Assembly: GCA_964465315.1 (NCBI GenBank)
Contig: CAYXIK010000001.1
Location: 172,479-236,478, forward strand
Length of the DNA: 64,000 nt
Direction of reading: 5' to 3'
Source of the DNA: an uncultured Gemmatimonadaceae bacterium
GTDB lineage: Bacteria > Gemmatimonadota > Gemmatimonadetes > Gemmatimonadales > GWC2-71-9
Shown one piece after another: positions 28,365 to 36,773 of this stretch; positions within the stretch are counted from its first letter, which is position 1; each line of letters opens with the position of its first letter. The position numbers were made by a program, and so were the translations under genes. The notes under the pieces were generated by a model. The model was not told the DNA's origin, made no database searches, and was given only the letters and a program-made list of their open reading frames with translations.

Positions 28365-29057
28365 TCACACGCGCGAGCTCGGACACAGCCTGTTCACCAC
28401 GCATATCTCGCATTTCGGCCGTCGCGCGATACATACGCGGCGCCCGTGCAGGATCAGCGTGTGCGAGAACCACGTCCATTTGTCGCGGGGCACGACTGCC
28501 ATCAAGTCGCGCTCGATTTTCACGGGATCCTTTTCCTTGGTGAAGGCCAGGAGCGTGGCGAGACGCTGGACGTGCGTGTCGACGACCACCCCCTCGTTCT
28601 TCCGGAACCAGGTGCCGAGGACCACGTTCGCGGTCTTTCGCCCAACACCGGGAAGCTCAACAAGCTGTTCCATGGTGTCGGGCACGTGGCCGCCGTGGCG
28701 CTCCACGACGGCCTGCGCCATGCCGATGATCGACTTGGTCTTGTTACGGAAGAACCCGGTGCTGTGGATCTCCTGCTCGAGCACCTGGGGGTCGGCGCCC
28801 GCGAAGTCCGCCGCGGTCTTGTACTTCGCGAACAGGGTCGGGGTCACCAGGTTCACCCGTGCATCAGTCGACTGCGCGGACAGGATGGTCGCGACGAGCA
28901 GCTCGAGCGCGCTCCGGTGATCCAAAGCGCATGTGGCGTCCGGGTACTCGCGCTCCAGACGCGCGATGACTTTGCGGACGCGCGCCCGAAGCGCGGCGGG
29001 CGTCTCGTGCACTCTCCCCAGGGGCTTCCGTGGTCGAGCCTTGGTCTTCGTGGCCAT
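28365..29057 (-). CDS. nth: Endonuclease III
   Basis: I trimmed ORF 28365..29144 to ATG 29057 (TGATG overlap with the PolX stop). HhH-GPD motif (LPGVGRKTANVVL) and a C-terminal 4Fe-4S Cys cluster (CIARRPKCEICVVNRLC). Confidence 0.9.
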   Translation of the reverse strand: MATKTKARPRKPLGRVHETPAALRARVRKVIARLEREYPDATCALDHRSALELLVATILSAQSTDARVNLVTPTLFAKYKTAADFAGADPQVLEQEIHSTGFFRNKTKSIIGMAQAVVERHGGHVPDTMEQLVELPGVGRKTANVVLGTWFRKNEGVVVDTHVQRLATLLAFTKEKDPVKIERDLMAVVPRDKWTWFSHTLILHGRRVCIARRPKCEICVVNRLCPSSRV

Positions 29058-30664
29058 CAGGCCGTCACGGCGCGGCGTTGCCGGGCGAACGCGAGGAATC
29101 CCTCCGCGTCGCGCGTGTTGAGTACGTCGGCCGGCTCGAGCCACCCCTTCCGGGCGATCCCGAGGCCGATCGCGACGTTCGCGACCCCGGCAGTCGAGTG
29201 CGCGTCCGCCCCGATCGAGACCATGACCCCTAGCTCGCGGGCCCGCCGCACCATGCGCCAGTCGAGGTCGAGGCGATGTGGATCCGCGTTCACCTCGATC
29301 GCAATACCGCGGTCGGCTGCGGTCCGGAGCACGCGCTCGAGATCGATAGCGTAGGGCTCGCGCTGCAGCAGCAGGCGCCCAGTCGGGTGGCCCAAGATCG
29401 TGAGACGGGGATCATCCATGGCGGTCAGCACGCGCCGCGTCATCTCGTCTTCGGACATGCCGAAGCGCGAGTGAATCGAGCCGATCACGAAGTCGAACCG
29501 ATCGAGCACGTCCGGGCCGTAGTCGAGCGTGCCGTCAGCGAGGATGTCGGCCTCCACCCCCTTCAGCACGCGCGTCCCCACCGTCCGGGCATTCAGGGCG
29601 GCGATCTCGGCATGCTGCCGGGCCACGTCCTCGGCCCGAAGGCCGCCCGCATACGCAGACGACTGCGAGTGATCGGTGATGCCCACCCACTCGTATCCGG
29701 CGGCGCGGCATGCCGCGGCCCATTCCGCGATCGTGACCGTGCCGTCTGAGTAATGAGAGTGGCAGTGCAGGAAGCCGCGCAGGTCGGCCCGCGCCACGAG
29801 GTCCGGCAGCCGGCCGGCGGCTGCCGCATCGAGCTCGTCCCCGGCCTCGCGCAGCTCGGGCGGCACCCAGGGGAGACCGATTGCTCGATAGACACTCGCC
29901 TCGTCGGGGAAAGACGCCTCGAGCGAGATACCGGCTGCTCGGGCCCGGGCCTCGAGCGCCGTCACGTGCGCGGCGGAGCCGGTCGCCCGTATCCAGTCGA
30001 ACCCGAACCGCTCGCGCGTCGTGAGCAGCACGTCGACCACGGTGCCGGAGGCAAAGCGAAGCGTGATCGCTCCCGCTTGGCCACCGATCTCCGTGACGCC
30101 AGGCGCCTGACCGAGCCGGTGGATCAGCGCGTCCCGGGCGGCGGCGTCGGCATGGGCGGCGATCAGGTCCAGCCGTCCGATCACCTCGCAGCGACGGCGC
30201 ACGGCCCCGGCGATTTCGACCCGCAGCACCCCCTCGAGCTCCCCCAACGCGAGCCGTACTGCTTCGATTTCCTCGCGGGCGTGATGGAACAATCGAACCC
30301 CCGTGGCCTGGCGGAGGAAGGCGATGCCACGAAGGACGGTCTCGGCCGTCTTCGCCCCGAATCGCGGGAGCGCGGCCAGGCGCCCGTCGGCGGCGGCGGC
30401 CTCGAGCTCGGCGAGTGACTCGATCCCGAGCGCCTCGTGGATCTGGCGCACCTTCGTGACGCCCAGGCTCGGGATCCGAAGCATCTCCACGAGCCCCGGC
30501 GGTACCTGCTCCCGGAGCTCGTCGAGTGCCGTCGAGCGGCCGGTGGCGAGGATCTCCGATCGCGCGACCCGCTGGACCACCCGCACCCGTGCGGCGCTCT
30601 CTCCCCTGAGCTCAAGGACCGCCGCGAGCTCCTGCAGGGTGTGATTGACGGCTTGTCGGTCCAT
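29057..30664 (-). CDS. polX: PolX-family protein with C-terminal PHP domain
   Basis: I trimmed ORF 29057..30721 to ATG 30664. HhH segments, the nucleotidyltransferase motif region (IAGAVRRRCEVIGRLDLIA) and PHP motifs (LHCHSHYSDG, GITDHS). Confidence 0.85.
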   Translation of the reverse strand: MDRQAVNHTLQELAAVLELRGESAARVRVVQRVARSEILATGRSTALDELREQVPPGLVEMLRIPSLGVTKVRQIHEALGIESLAELEAAAADGRLAALPRFGAKTAETVLRGIAFLRQATGVRLFHHAREEIEAVRLALGELEGVLRVEIAGAVRRRCEVIGRLDLIAAHADAAARDALIHRLGQAPGVTEIGGQAGAITLRFASGTVVDVLLTTRERFGFDWIRATGSAAHVTALEARARAAGISLEASFPDEASVYRAIGLPWVPPELREAGDELDAAAAGRLPDLVARADLRGFLHCHSHYSDGTVTIAEWAAACRAAGYEWVGITDHSQSSAYAGGLRAEDVARQHAEIAALNARTVGTRVLKGVEADILADGTLDYGPDVLDRFDFVIGSIHSRFGMSEDEMTRRVLTAMDDPRLTILGHPTGRLLLQREPYAIDLERVLRTAADRGIAIEVNADPHRLDLDWRMVRRARELGVMVSIGADAHSTAGVANVAIGLGIARKGWLEPADVLNTRDAEGFLAFARQRRAVTA

Positions 30665-30687
30665 GCTGAGAACGTAAGAAGAAGGCG

Positions 30688-30730
30688 GGAAGGTTGGAAG
30701 GTTGGAAGGTGTCTCATTCAACCTTCCAAC
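30688..30730. repeat. Tandem GGAAGGTT x3 overlapping a perfect 10-bp inverted repeat
   Basis: GGAAGGTT units at 30688, 30696 and 30704. GTTGGAAGGT (30701..30710) pairs with ACCTTCCAAC (30721..30730) across a 10-nt loop. The element lies in the 78-nt gap between the hydrolase stop and the polX start. Confidence 0.8.
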
Positions 30731-30742
30731 AGTCCAACCGTC

Positions 30743-31597
30743 TCACGCCTTGGGCAAGAATCCGTCCAGCGCCCGCACGAAGTCTTCCGTCGCTTCGACG
30801 TGCGGTGCGTGTCCGGTGGCGAGCTCGAACACCCCGGTCGAGAGGAGCGCCGCGGTCTCGCGGGCCGCCTCGATCGGCATGGGGTCGTAAATGCCATGCA
30901 GGAGCAGGGAGCGGGGCGCGCTACCATCGGGGAATGTCTGCCGGATTCGTCCCCGGAGGTCGTACTCTCCCAGACTGTCCCAAACCGCCCGCCGCGTACG
31001 CTCCGTCACGCGGAACGGGGTCATTTCTTTCGCGTGACTCGGGTCGCGAAAGTAGCCGGCGACGGATAGCGCGAATGCAATGCGGCGATACCTTTCGGGG
31101 TCGGTCTTCGCCAACCCCAGGGCCACGAGCTCGGCGCGACTCCGAGCGATCCACGGCTGGGCCATCCGGGCGGCGAAGCGGCGCTCGAACTGGTCGCGCC
31201 ACGCCGCCGTCACGGGCGCGGCGGAGACGAGCGCGAGCCGCGCGATCCGGTCCGGATGCTCGAGGGCGTACAGCACGGCGAGCAGGCCCCCCCAGGAGTA
31301 GCCGAGCAGGGTGAGACGTTCGAGCCGCCAGTGGTCGCGCAGGGCGTCGAGATCGACCACGTGCTCGCGCCACCCGACCGCCGCGTCGCGCGCGACGGGT
31401 GACCGGCCGCCGCCGCGTTGATCGTAGTACAGGAGGGCGCGCCCCTCCGAGAGTCGGTCGTACTGGGGGAGGAGATAGTCGTGGTGGGCGCCCGGGCCGC
31501 CGTGGAGAACCACCACGGAGGGGCCGTCTCCCACGCGTCGCGTGTAGAGGCGGACGCCGTTCACCTCGACCGTCGATTCCGTCGGCGCTCGAGACAT
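30743..31597 (-). CDS. Alpha/beta hydrolase (proline iminopeptidase-like)
   Basis: 284 aa. HGGPG oxyanion motif and nucleophile elbow GYSWGG. Confidence 0.8.
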   Translation of the reverse strand: MSRAPTESTVEVNGVRLYTRRVGDGPSVVVLHGGPGAHHDYLLPQYDRLSEGRALLYYDQRGGGRSPVARDAAVGWREHVVDLDALRDHWRLERLTLLGYSWGGLLAVLYALEHPDRIARLALVSAAPVTAAWRDQFERRFAARMAQPWIARSRAELVALGLAKTDPERYRRIAFALSVAGYFRDPSHAKEMTPFRVTERTRRAVWDSLGEYDLRGRIRQTFPDGSAPRSLLLHGIYDPMPIEAARETAALLSTGVFELATGHAPHVEATEDFVRALDGFLPKA

Positions 31598-31627
31598 CGC
31601 GCCTGAAATTACACGGTTCCGAATGCC

Positions 31628-33394
31628 ATGAAGCCGCTACGCTTTCCACCCGCTCTCACGCCACCGGGCTTCCGGCGGCTAGGGCTCGCCGACATCGCGA
31701 TCCTCTGCCTGGTGGGCGGCGTGATTGCGACGGTGGTCGCATTCGCGCGGGAGTTCGAGGCGCCGTTCATGCAGGCGGTGCGTATCGACCTGAGCCCTGC
31801 GGCACTGCCGCGCTACACGCTGTACTCGCTTTCGCGCGGCATCATCGCGCTCCTCATCTCGTACCTCTTTGCCCTGGCGTTCGGTGCGGCGGCTGCGAAA
31901 TCGCGCGCCGCAGAGCGGCTGCTGCTTCCGCTGCTCGACATTCTGCAGAGCATCCCGGTGTTGGGCTTTCTCCCCGGGCTCGTGCTCGGGCTGATGTCGC
32001 TGTTTCCGACCCGTAACGTCGGGCTCGAGCTCGCGGCCATCCTGATGATCTTCACCGCCCAGGCTTGGAACCTGGCGCTGTCATTTTACAACTCGCTCAC
32101 AGGTCTGCCGGCGCCGCTGCGCGACGCGTGCAAGGTGGCGGGGTGGCCCCCGCGGCGCACCTTTTGGCAGCTCGAGGTGCCCGCCGCCGCACAAGGCCTG
32201 GTGTGGAACGGGATGCTGTCGATGGCCGGCGGCTGGTTCTTCCTGATGGTGAACGAAGCCTTCCGCCTGGGAGATCGCGACTACCGCCTGCCCGGGGTGG
32301 GATCCTACATGAGCGTCGCGCTCGACGAGGGCAACGTGCCGGCGATGGCGCTGGCAATCGGTGCGATGATCGTGATGATCGTTTGCGTCGATCAACTGCT
32401 GTGGCGCCCGCTGGTCGTCTGGGTGGAGAAGTTCCGACTGGACGAGACCGCAGGCGGGCCCCCGGCCGCGTCGTCGTGGGTGCTCGAATTTCTGCGGCGG
32501 GCGCGCCTGCCGCGGCGCGCGGCCGTCCTGCGGCGGCGCGCCTACCGCACGGCACGACGGGCGGCGCGGCCGCTGGAGGCGCCGTTCAGGACCGTCGGTC
32601 CCGTGATTCTGCGGGCGCCGCGCCTCGCATTCGCGTATCCCGCCGCGCGGAAAATCGGCGCCGGGCTGATGATCGTCGGTGTCGCGGCCGCGGCCCTCTG
32701 GGGGGCCTGGCGTCTGTGGCTGCTCCTGGCCCAGCTGGGTTGGGCGGAGTGGGGCGATCTGGTCGGGTCGGCCTCGCTCACGTTTGTCCGTGTGATGGGC
32801 GCGGTGCTCCTCTCGACCCTGTGGGCCCTGCCGGCCGGGGTGGTGATCGGCCGTTCACCGCGTCTGGCGAGCGCGCTACAGCCGGTGATTCAGGTCATCG
32901 CCTCATTTCCCGCGCCCATGCTCTTTCCCCTCGTGGTCCTCCTGTTCGAACGCGTCGGTATCGGGCTCGGGCTGGGCGCCGCGGCCCTGATGGTGCTCGC
33001 GGGACAGTGGTACATCCTCTTCAACGTCATCTCTGCGGTGGCCGCGATCCCCGAGCAGCTCAAAGACGCGACGACGGTGTTTCGGTTGCCGCGTATTGCG
33101 CGCTGGCGCGCCCTGTACTTGCCGGCGGCGTTCCCCGCCCTCGTCACGGGGTGGGTGACCGCGGCGGGAGGAGCATGGAACGGGTCGATCGTCGCTGAAT
33201 ACATTGAGGCGGGAGGGAAGCTGCGGGTCACCAGAGGACTCGGCAGCTTGATCAGCGAAGCGACGGCGCACGCCAACTTCCCGCTCCTCGCCGGGGGGAT
33301 CGCACTGATGAGTCTCATCGTGGTCGGATGGAACCGCGTCGTCTGGCGCTCGATGATGGAGTGGGCCCGAACGCGCTTCGGGCTCGAGACATGA
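31628..33394 (+). CDS. ABC transporter permease with duplicated permease domain (NitT/TauT-like)
   Basis: 588 aa with about 12 TM segments in two homologous halves, as in the 'duplicated permease' anion-transport group. Confidence 0.8.
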   Translation: MKPLRFPPALTPPGFRRLGLADIAILCLVGGVIATVVAFAREFEAPFMQAVRIDLSPAALPRYTLYSLSRGIIALLISYLFALAFGAAAAKSRAAERLLLPLLDILQSIPVLGFLPGLVLGLMSLFPTRNVGLELAAILMIFTAQAWNLALSFYNSLTGLPAPLRDACKVAGWPPRRTFWQLEVPAAAQGLVWNGMLSMAGGWFFLMVNEAFRLGDRDYRLPGVGSYMSVALDEGNVPAMALAIGAMIVMIVCVDQLLWRPLVVWVEKFRLDETAGGPPAASSWVLEFLRRARLPRRAAVLRRRAYRTARRAARPLEAPFRTVGPVILRAPRLAFAYPAARKIGAGLMIVGVAAAALWGAWRLWLLLAQLGWAEWGDLVGSASLTFVRVMGAVLLSTLWALPAGVVIGRSPRLASALQPVIQVIASFPAPMLFPLVVLLFERVGIGLGLGAAALMVLAGQWYILFNVISAVAAIPEQLKDATTVFRLPRIARWRALYLPAAFPALVTGWVTAAGGAWNGSIVAEYIEAGGKLRVTRGLGSLISEATAHANFPLLAGGIALMSLIVVGWNRVVWRSMMEWARTRFGLET

Positions 33395-34695
33395 CGCCGG
33401 GTGCCGTTCTGCTCGAGGCGCAGCATGTCACGCAGCGCTTCCGGCTCCCCAATGGACAGAACCTCGAGGCCTTGCGTGACGTGTCGCTCGCCGTGTGCGA
33501 GAACGAGGTGGTCGCCCTGGTGGGGCCGTCGGGGTGTGGCAAGAGCACGCTGTTGCGCCTCTTCGCCGGGCTCGCCCGTCCCACCGAAGGCACGGTCCTG
33601 TACCGCGGGCAGCGCCTGGACGGCGTGCTCGCGGCCGCCGCGATGGTATTCCAGTCGTTCGCCCTCCTCCCGTGGCTGACCGTCACCGAGAACGTCGCGA
33701 TGGGTCTCGAGGCCCGGGGCGTAGACGGCGCCGCCCGGCGCGACGCGGTCGCCCGTGCCATCAATCTGGTGGGCCTCGATGGGTTCGAGCAGGCATACCC
33801 GAAAGAGCTGTCCGGCGGCATGAAGCAGCGCGTGGGCTTCGCGCGCGCCCTCGCGGTGGCCCCCGAGATCCTGCTCATGGACGAGCCGTTCGGCGCACTC
33901 GATCCCCTCACCGCCGAGAACCTGCGCAGCCAGGTAGTGGACCTGTGGCGCGATGCCGCGACCGGCGTGAACACCCTCGTGGTCGTGACGCATTCGGTCG
34001 AGGAGGCGGTGTTCCTGGCGGGGCGGATCGTGGTGTTCGGCACCAACCCCGGTCACGTACGCGAGGAGCTCGTCAACCCGCTGCCGTATCCCCGCGTGGA
34101 GCGGAGCCCCGACTTCGAGCAAATGGTGGATCGGTTGCACGCTATTCTCACGGCGACGCTCCTTCCCGAGCCCGCGCCGGCCGCGCCGCAGCGCCTCGTG
34201 CCGTTCCCGAGGGTCCACGTGTCCGAAGTCACCGGTCTCCTCGACCACCTACTCACCCGCCCCGACGGCAAGGGTCCGGTGTTCGAGCTCGCGGAAGACC
34301 TCGGGGTCGATTACGACCGGATGTCGGCCGTGGTGCGCGCGGCCGAGCAGCTCGGCTGGGTCACGACGCCGGGTGAAATCGTCCAGCTGACGCAGGCAGG
34401 GCGCGAGGTGATGGCCATGGACGACGCGGCGCGAAAGGACGCCACGCGGGCCCGGCTCGCCAAGCAGCCACTGTTCGGGCGGCTGATCGCCATGCTCAAG
34501 GAGAGCGACGGCTCAGTAGAAGACGAAGAGGTACTCGCCGACCTCACCATCTACTTCCCGTTTATTCCGGCCGACTCCTTGTTCGCCACGCTGGTGGAAT
34601 GGGGGCGTTACGCGGAGCTGGTCGACCACGATACGGACGCCGGTCGTATCTCCCTGCTTGGGTGGGAGAGCGCCGCCGAGGCACGCGCCGAGTAG
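33391..34695 (+). CDS. ABC ATP-binding protein (NitT/TauT-like) with C-terminal accessory domain
   Basis: I trimmed ORF 33328..34695 to ATG 33391 (ATGA overlap). GPSGCGKSTL, LSGGMKQRVGFARAL, LLMDEPFGALD, VTHSVEEA. About 190 extra C-terminal residues follow (…LGWVTTPGEIVQLTQAGREV…). Confidence 0.85.
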   Translation: MTPGAVLLEAQHVTQRFRLPNGQNLEALRDVSLAVCENEVVALVGPSGCGKSTLLRLFAGLARPTEGTVLYRGQRLDGVLAAAAMVFQSFALLPWLTVTENVAMGLEARGVDGAARRDAVARAINLVGLDGFEQAYPKELSGGMKQRVGFARALAVAPEILLMDEPFGALDPLTAENLRSQVVDLWRDAATGVNTLVVVTHSVEEAVFLAGRIVVFGTNPGHVREELVNPLPYPRVERSPDFEQMVDRLHAILTATLLPEPAPAAPQRLVPFPRVHVSEVTGLLDHLLTRPDGKGPVFELAEDLGVDYDRMSAVVRAAEQLGWVTTPGEIVQLTQAGREVMAMDDAARKDATRARLAKQPLFGRLIAMLKESDGSVEDEEVLADLTIYFPFIPADSLFATLVEWGRYAELVDHDTDAGRISLLGWESAAEARAE

Positions 34696-34706
34696 CGGCG
34701 GTCGGA

Positions 34707-35651
34707 TTACTGGGCGAAGCAGAAGAACCGGACGTGATTCGGCGCGAGGCCTCCCGTGAGCCGCGCGAGAGCTGCCTGCCCGCCCTTGGCGAGGCGTGTC
34801 GCGGTGTCGCCAGCCAGGGCCGCCTGGTAGAGGGCGATCGCCCGCCCCTTCGCCGAATCGGCTGCGGGCAAGAACTTGGTCGAGTCGGCGTTCTCCTTCC
34901 CGAGGCCGGACGACAGCGCGACGATGTCACGATAGGCGTCTGCTTCCAGCAGCTGCGCGGTCCACTTGATCTCGGAGTCCGCGGGAGCGGCGACGAGCGG
35001 CTCGAGCCGCGCGACGATGCCATAGTAGGGCTGCGGCGAGTCTCCGCCTGCGCAGTCCGCTTCGAGCAGGAGCAACGCCGCCCGCTGGCCCATGGTCCCG
35101 GTCGGATCGAGGCGCGCCGCCTGCTGAACCCAGCCCCCCGCATACGCCATTTCGCCGCTCGCGGCCGACAGCTCGGAGCTTGCGCCGAGCGCCTTCAGGC
35201 GGCTCCGCGCCTGGGCCAGCTGCTGGCCCGGGTCGGTGAAGCCGAAGGGGTGCCACGCCAGGCGCAGCACCCGGTCCGCGACCAGATACGCGGCGGCTTG
35301 CCGAACCGAATCCTTGCCCCGCGCTCCCTTGAGCCACGTCTCGAGCGTCGTCACGAAGTCGTAGGGCGCCATGTCCGCGTATTTGCCCGACTCGTCCCGC
35401 GACTGGCGTACGATCTCGAGGATCCCGGCGGAGGAGCGGGGCGGTGGCCCGGCCTCCCGGATCCACTTGTTGATGAGGAGCACCTGCCGCTGGTAGTACT
35501 CCGGTTGCGTCTCGCCGCGCGGCGCGACGATATCGGCCGTGACCGTGGAGGCGCCGTGACGGGGAGGCCCCCCGGCCTCGTCGCTCGAGGAACCGCACCC
35601 GAGGAACAGCGGGATGGCGAATATGAGCAGGGCATGACCAGGGAGGCTCAT
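34707..35651 (-). CDS. Hypothetical lipoprotein
   Basis: I trimmed ORF 34707..35687 to ATG 35651. Lipobox LFLGCGSSS. The rest looks helical, and I do not recognise the family. Confidence 0.5.
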   Translation of the reverse strand: MSLPGHALLIFAIPLFLGCGSSSDEAGGPPRHGASTVTADIVAPRGETQPEYYQRQVLLINKWIREAGPPPRSSAGILEIVRQSRDESGKYADMAPYDFVTTLETWLKGARGKDSVRQAAAYLVADRVLRLAWHPFGFTDPGQQLAQARSRLKALGASSELSAASGEMAYAGGWVQQAARLDPTGTMGQRAALLLLEADCAGGDSPQPYYGIVARLEPLVAAPADSEIKWTAQLLEADAYRDIVALSSGLGKENADSTKFLPAADSAKGRAIALYQAALAGDTATRLAKGGQAALARLTGGLAPNHVRFFCFAQ

Positions 35652-35708
35652 CGGACCCTCGCGAATGGGGTGACGGCTAGGCGCCAAGCTAAAAGGCCCC
35701 GGCCCGCG

Positions 35709-36158
35709 TTACAATAGGACGGCGAGCGCGTCGGCTATTTCCTTGACCGTGCGATGGTGCTCCGAAGTGAAACCTGCCGGGACGTCGGAATCGATGTCGA
35801 GTTGTCCCAGGATCGTCGTGCCGCGCCGAATCAGGACTACCAGCTCGGAGCGGGTCTCGAGGTTGCAGGCGAGGTAGTTGCCCACCGCGGTTACGTCGGG
35901 CACGTTCTGGTCCTCGCCGCTCGCCACCGCCGTCCCACACACGCCCTGACCCACGGGAATGCGGGTGTGCTCTGTTTCCCGCCCGGCGAACGCCTCGAGG
36001 ACGAGCTCACCGTCGTCCAACATGTACGCGTATACCGACGTGAAGGGAGGGCCGAGTCGTCGGATTCGCTCGCACGCGAGGCGCAGCAGATCGCTGCGGG
36101 AGACGTCGTGCAGATGCGCGGCGCGGAGGGCGCGGACGATCGGGCTGGTTGCGAGCAT
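35709..36158 (-). CDS. GAF-domain protein (free methionine-R-sulfoxide reductase/YebR-like)
   Basis: 149 aa. GQGVCGTAVASGEDQNVPDV...YLACNLETRSELVVLI...GQLDIDS pattern of single-GAF MsrC-like proteins. Confidence 0.75.
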   Translation of the reverse strand: MLATSPIVRALRAAHLHDVSRSDLLRLACERIRRLGPPFTSVYAYMLDDGELVLEAFAGRETEHTRIPVGQGVCGTAVASGEDQNVPDVTAVGNYLACNLETRSELVVLIRRGTTILGQLDIDSDVPAGFTSEHHRTVKEIADALAVLL

Positions 36159-36203
36159 GCGGCTATATCTATCTTTGGCGCGACGCTCCTGGAAGCGGCC
36201 CCT

Positions 36204-36773
36204 GTGCCCATTCGTCTCCTAGTCCTCATCCCCGTCGCCGCCGCCATCAGCCTCGCTCTTTCGGCCGCCGTGGATGCCGTGGCACTCCCGCTCTTCCTCG
36301 ACACCACGGGGACGATCCTCGCGACCGCGCTCGGAGGCCCGGTCGTCGGTATCGCGACGGGCGTCGTGACCTCGGCGGTGAATTCTCTGCGGAACCCGAC
36401 GTTCTGGCCGTTCGTCGCGGTGCAGATCATCGTAGCTCTGTACGCCTGGATGGCCGCGCGGGCCGGCCTCTTCCGGAGCTTTAAAATCGCCGTTCCCGCG
36501 GGATTCGGGCTCGGCGTGATCGCTGCCCTCACGTCGACGCCGATTTCCTACCTGGTCTTCGGGTGCGCCACGACCGGCGGGATCGCTCTCACCACGGCAC
36601 TCGGCAAGGCCTTGGGGCTTCCGCCCCTGGGCGCCTGCTTCTTCGGGAGCTTCGTGGCCGACTTCGGGGACAAGGCGGTGACCTTCGCGCTCGTGACCTC
36701 GGTGCTTCACGGTCTCCCACGCCGCACCGCGGCGCGGTTCCCGTGGGCGCTGCGCGCCATCGGCGCGGCGTGA
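36204..36773 (+). CDS. Putative ECF-transporter substrate-capture (S) component
   Basis: I trimmed ORF 35754..36773 to GTG 36204; the start is uncertain. About 190 aa and about 6 TM segments. LDTTGTILATALGGPVVG resembles S-component motifs. It is the first gene of the T-A-A' operon. Confidence 0.5.
   Translation: MPIRLLVLIPVAAAISLALSAAVDAVALPLFLDTTGTILATALGGPVVGIATGVVTSAVNSLRNPTFWPFVAVQIIVALYAWMAARAGLFRSFKIAVPAGFGLGVIAALTSTPISYLVFGCATTGGIALTTALGKALGLPPLGACFFGSFVADFGDKAVTFALVTSVLHGLPRRTAARFPWALRAIGAA

Noticed and set aside
30665-30721. Alternative polX start at 30721, which would translate the GGAAGGTT repeats as NLPTFPPSS
   Set aside because: The PolX N-terminal helix (MDRQAVNHTLQELAAVLELRGE) begins at ATG 30664. 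The extension would have to be encoded by a repeat and hairpin element that looks intergenic.
36159-36203. Riboswitch upstream of the ECF transporter S component
   Set aside because: The divergent intergenic region is only about 45 bp. That is too short for any known vitamin or metal riboswitch aptamer plus expression platform.
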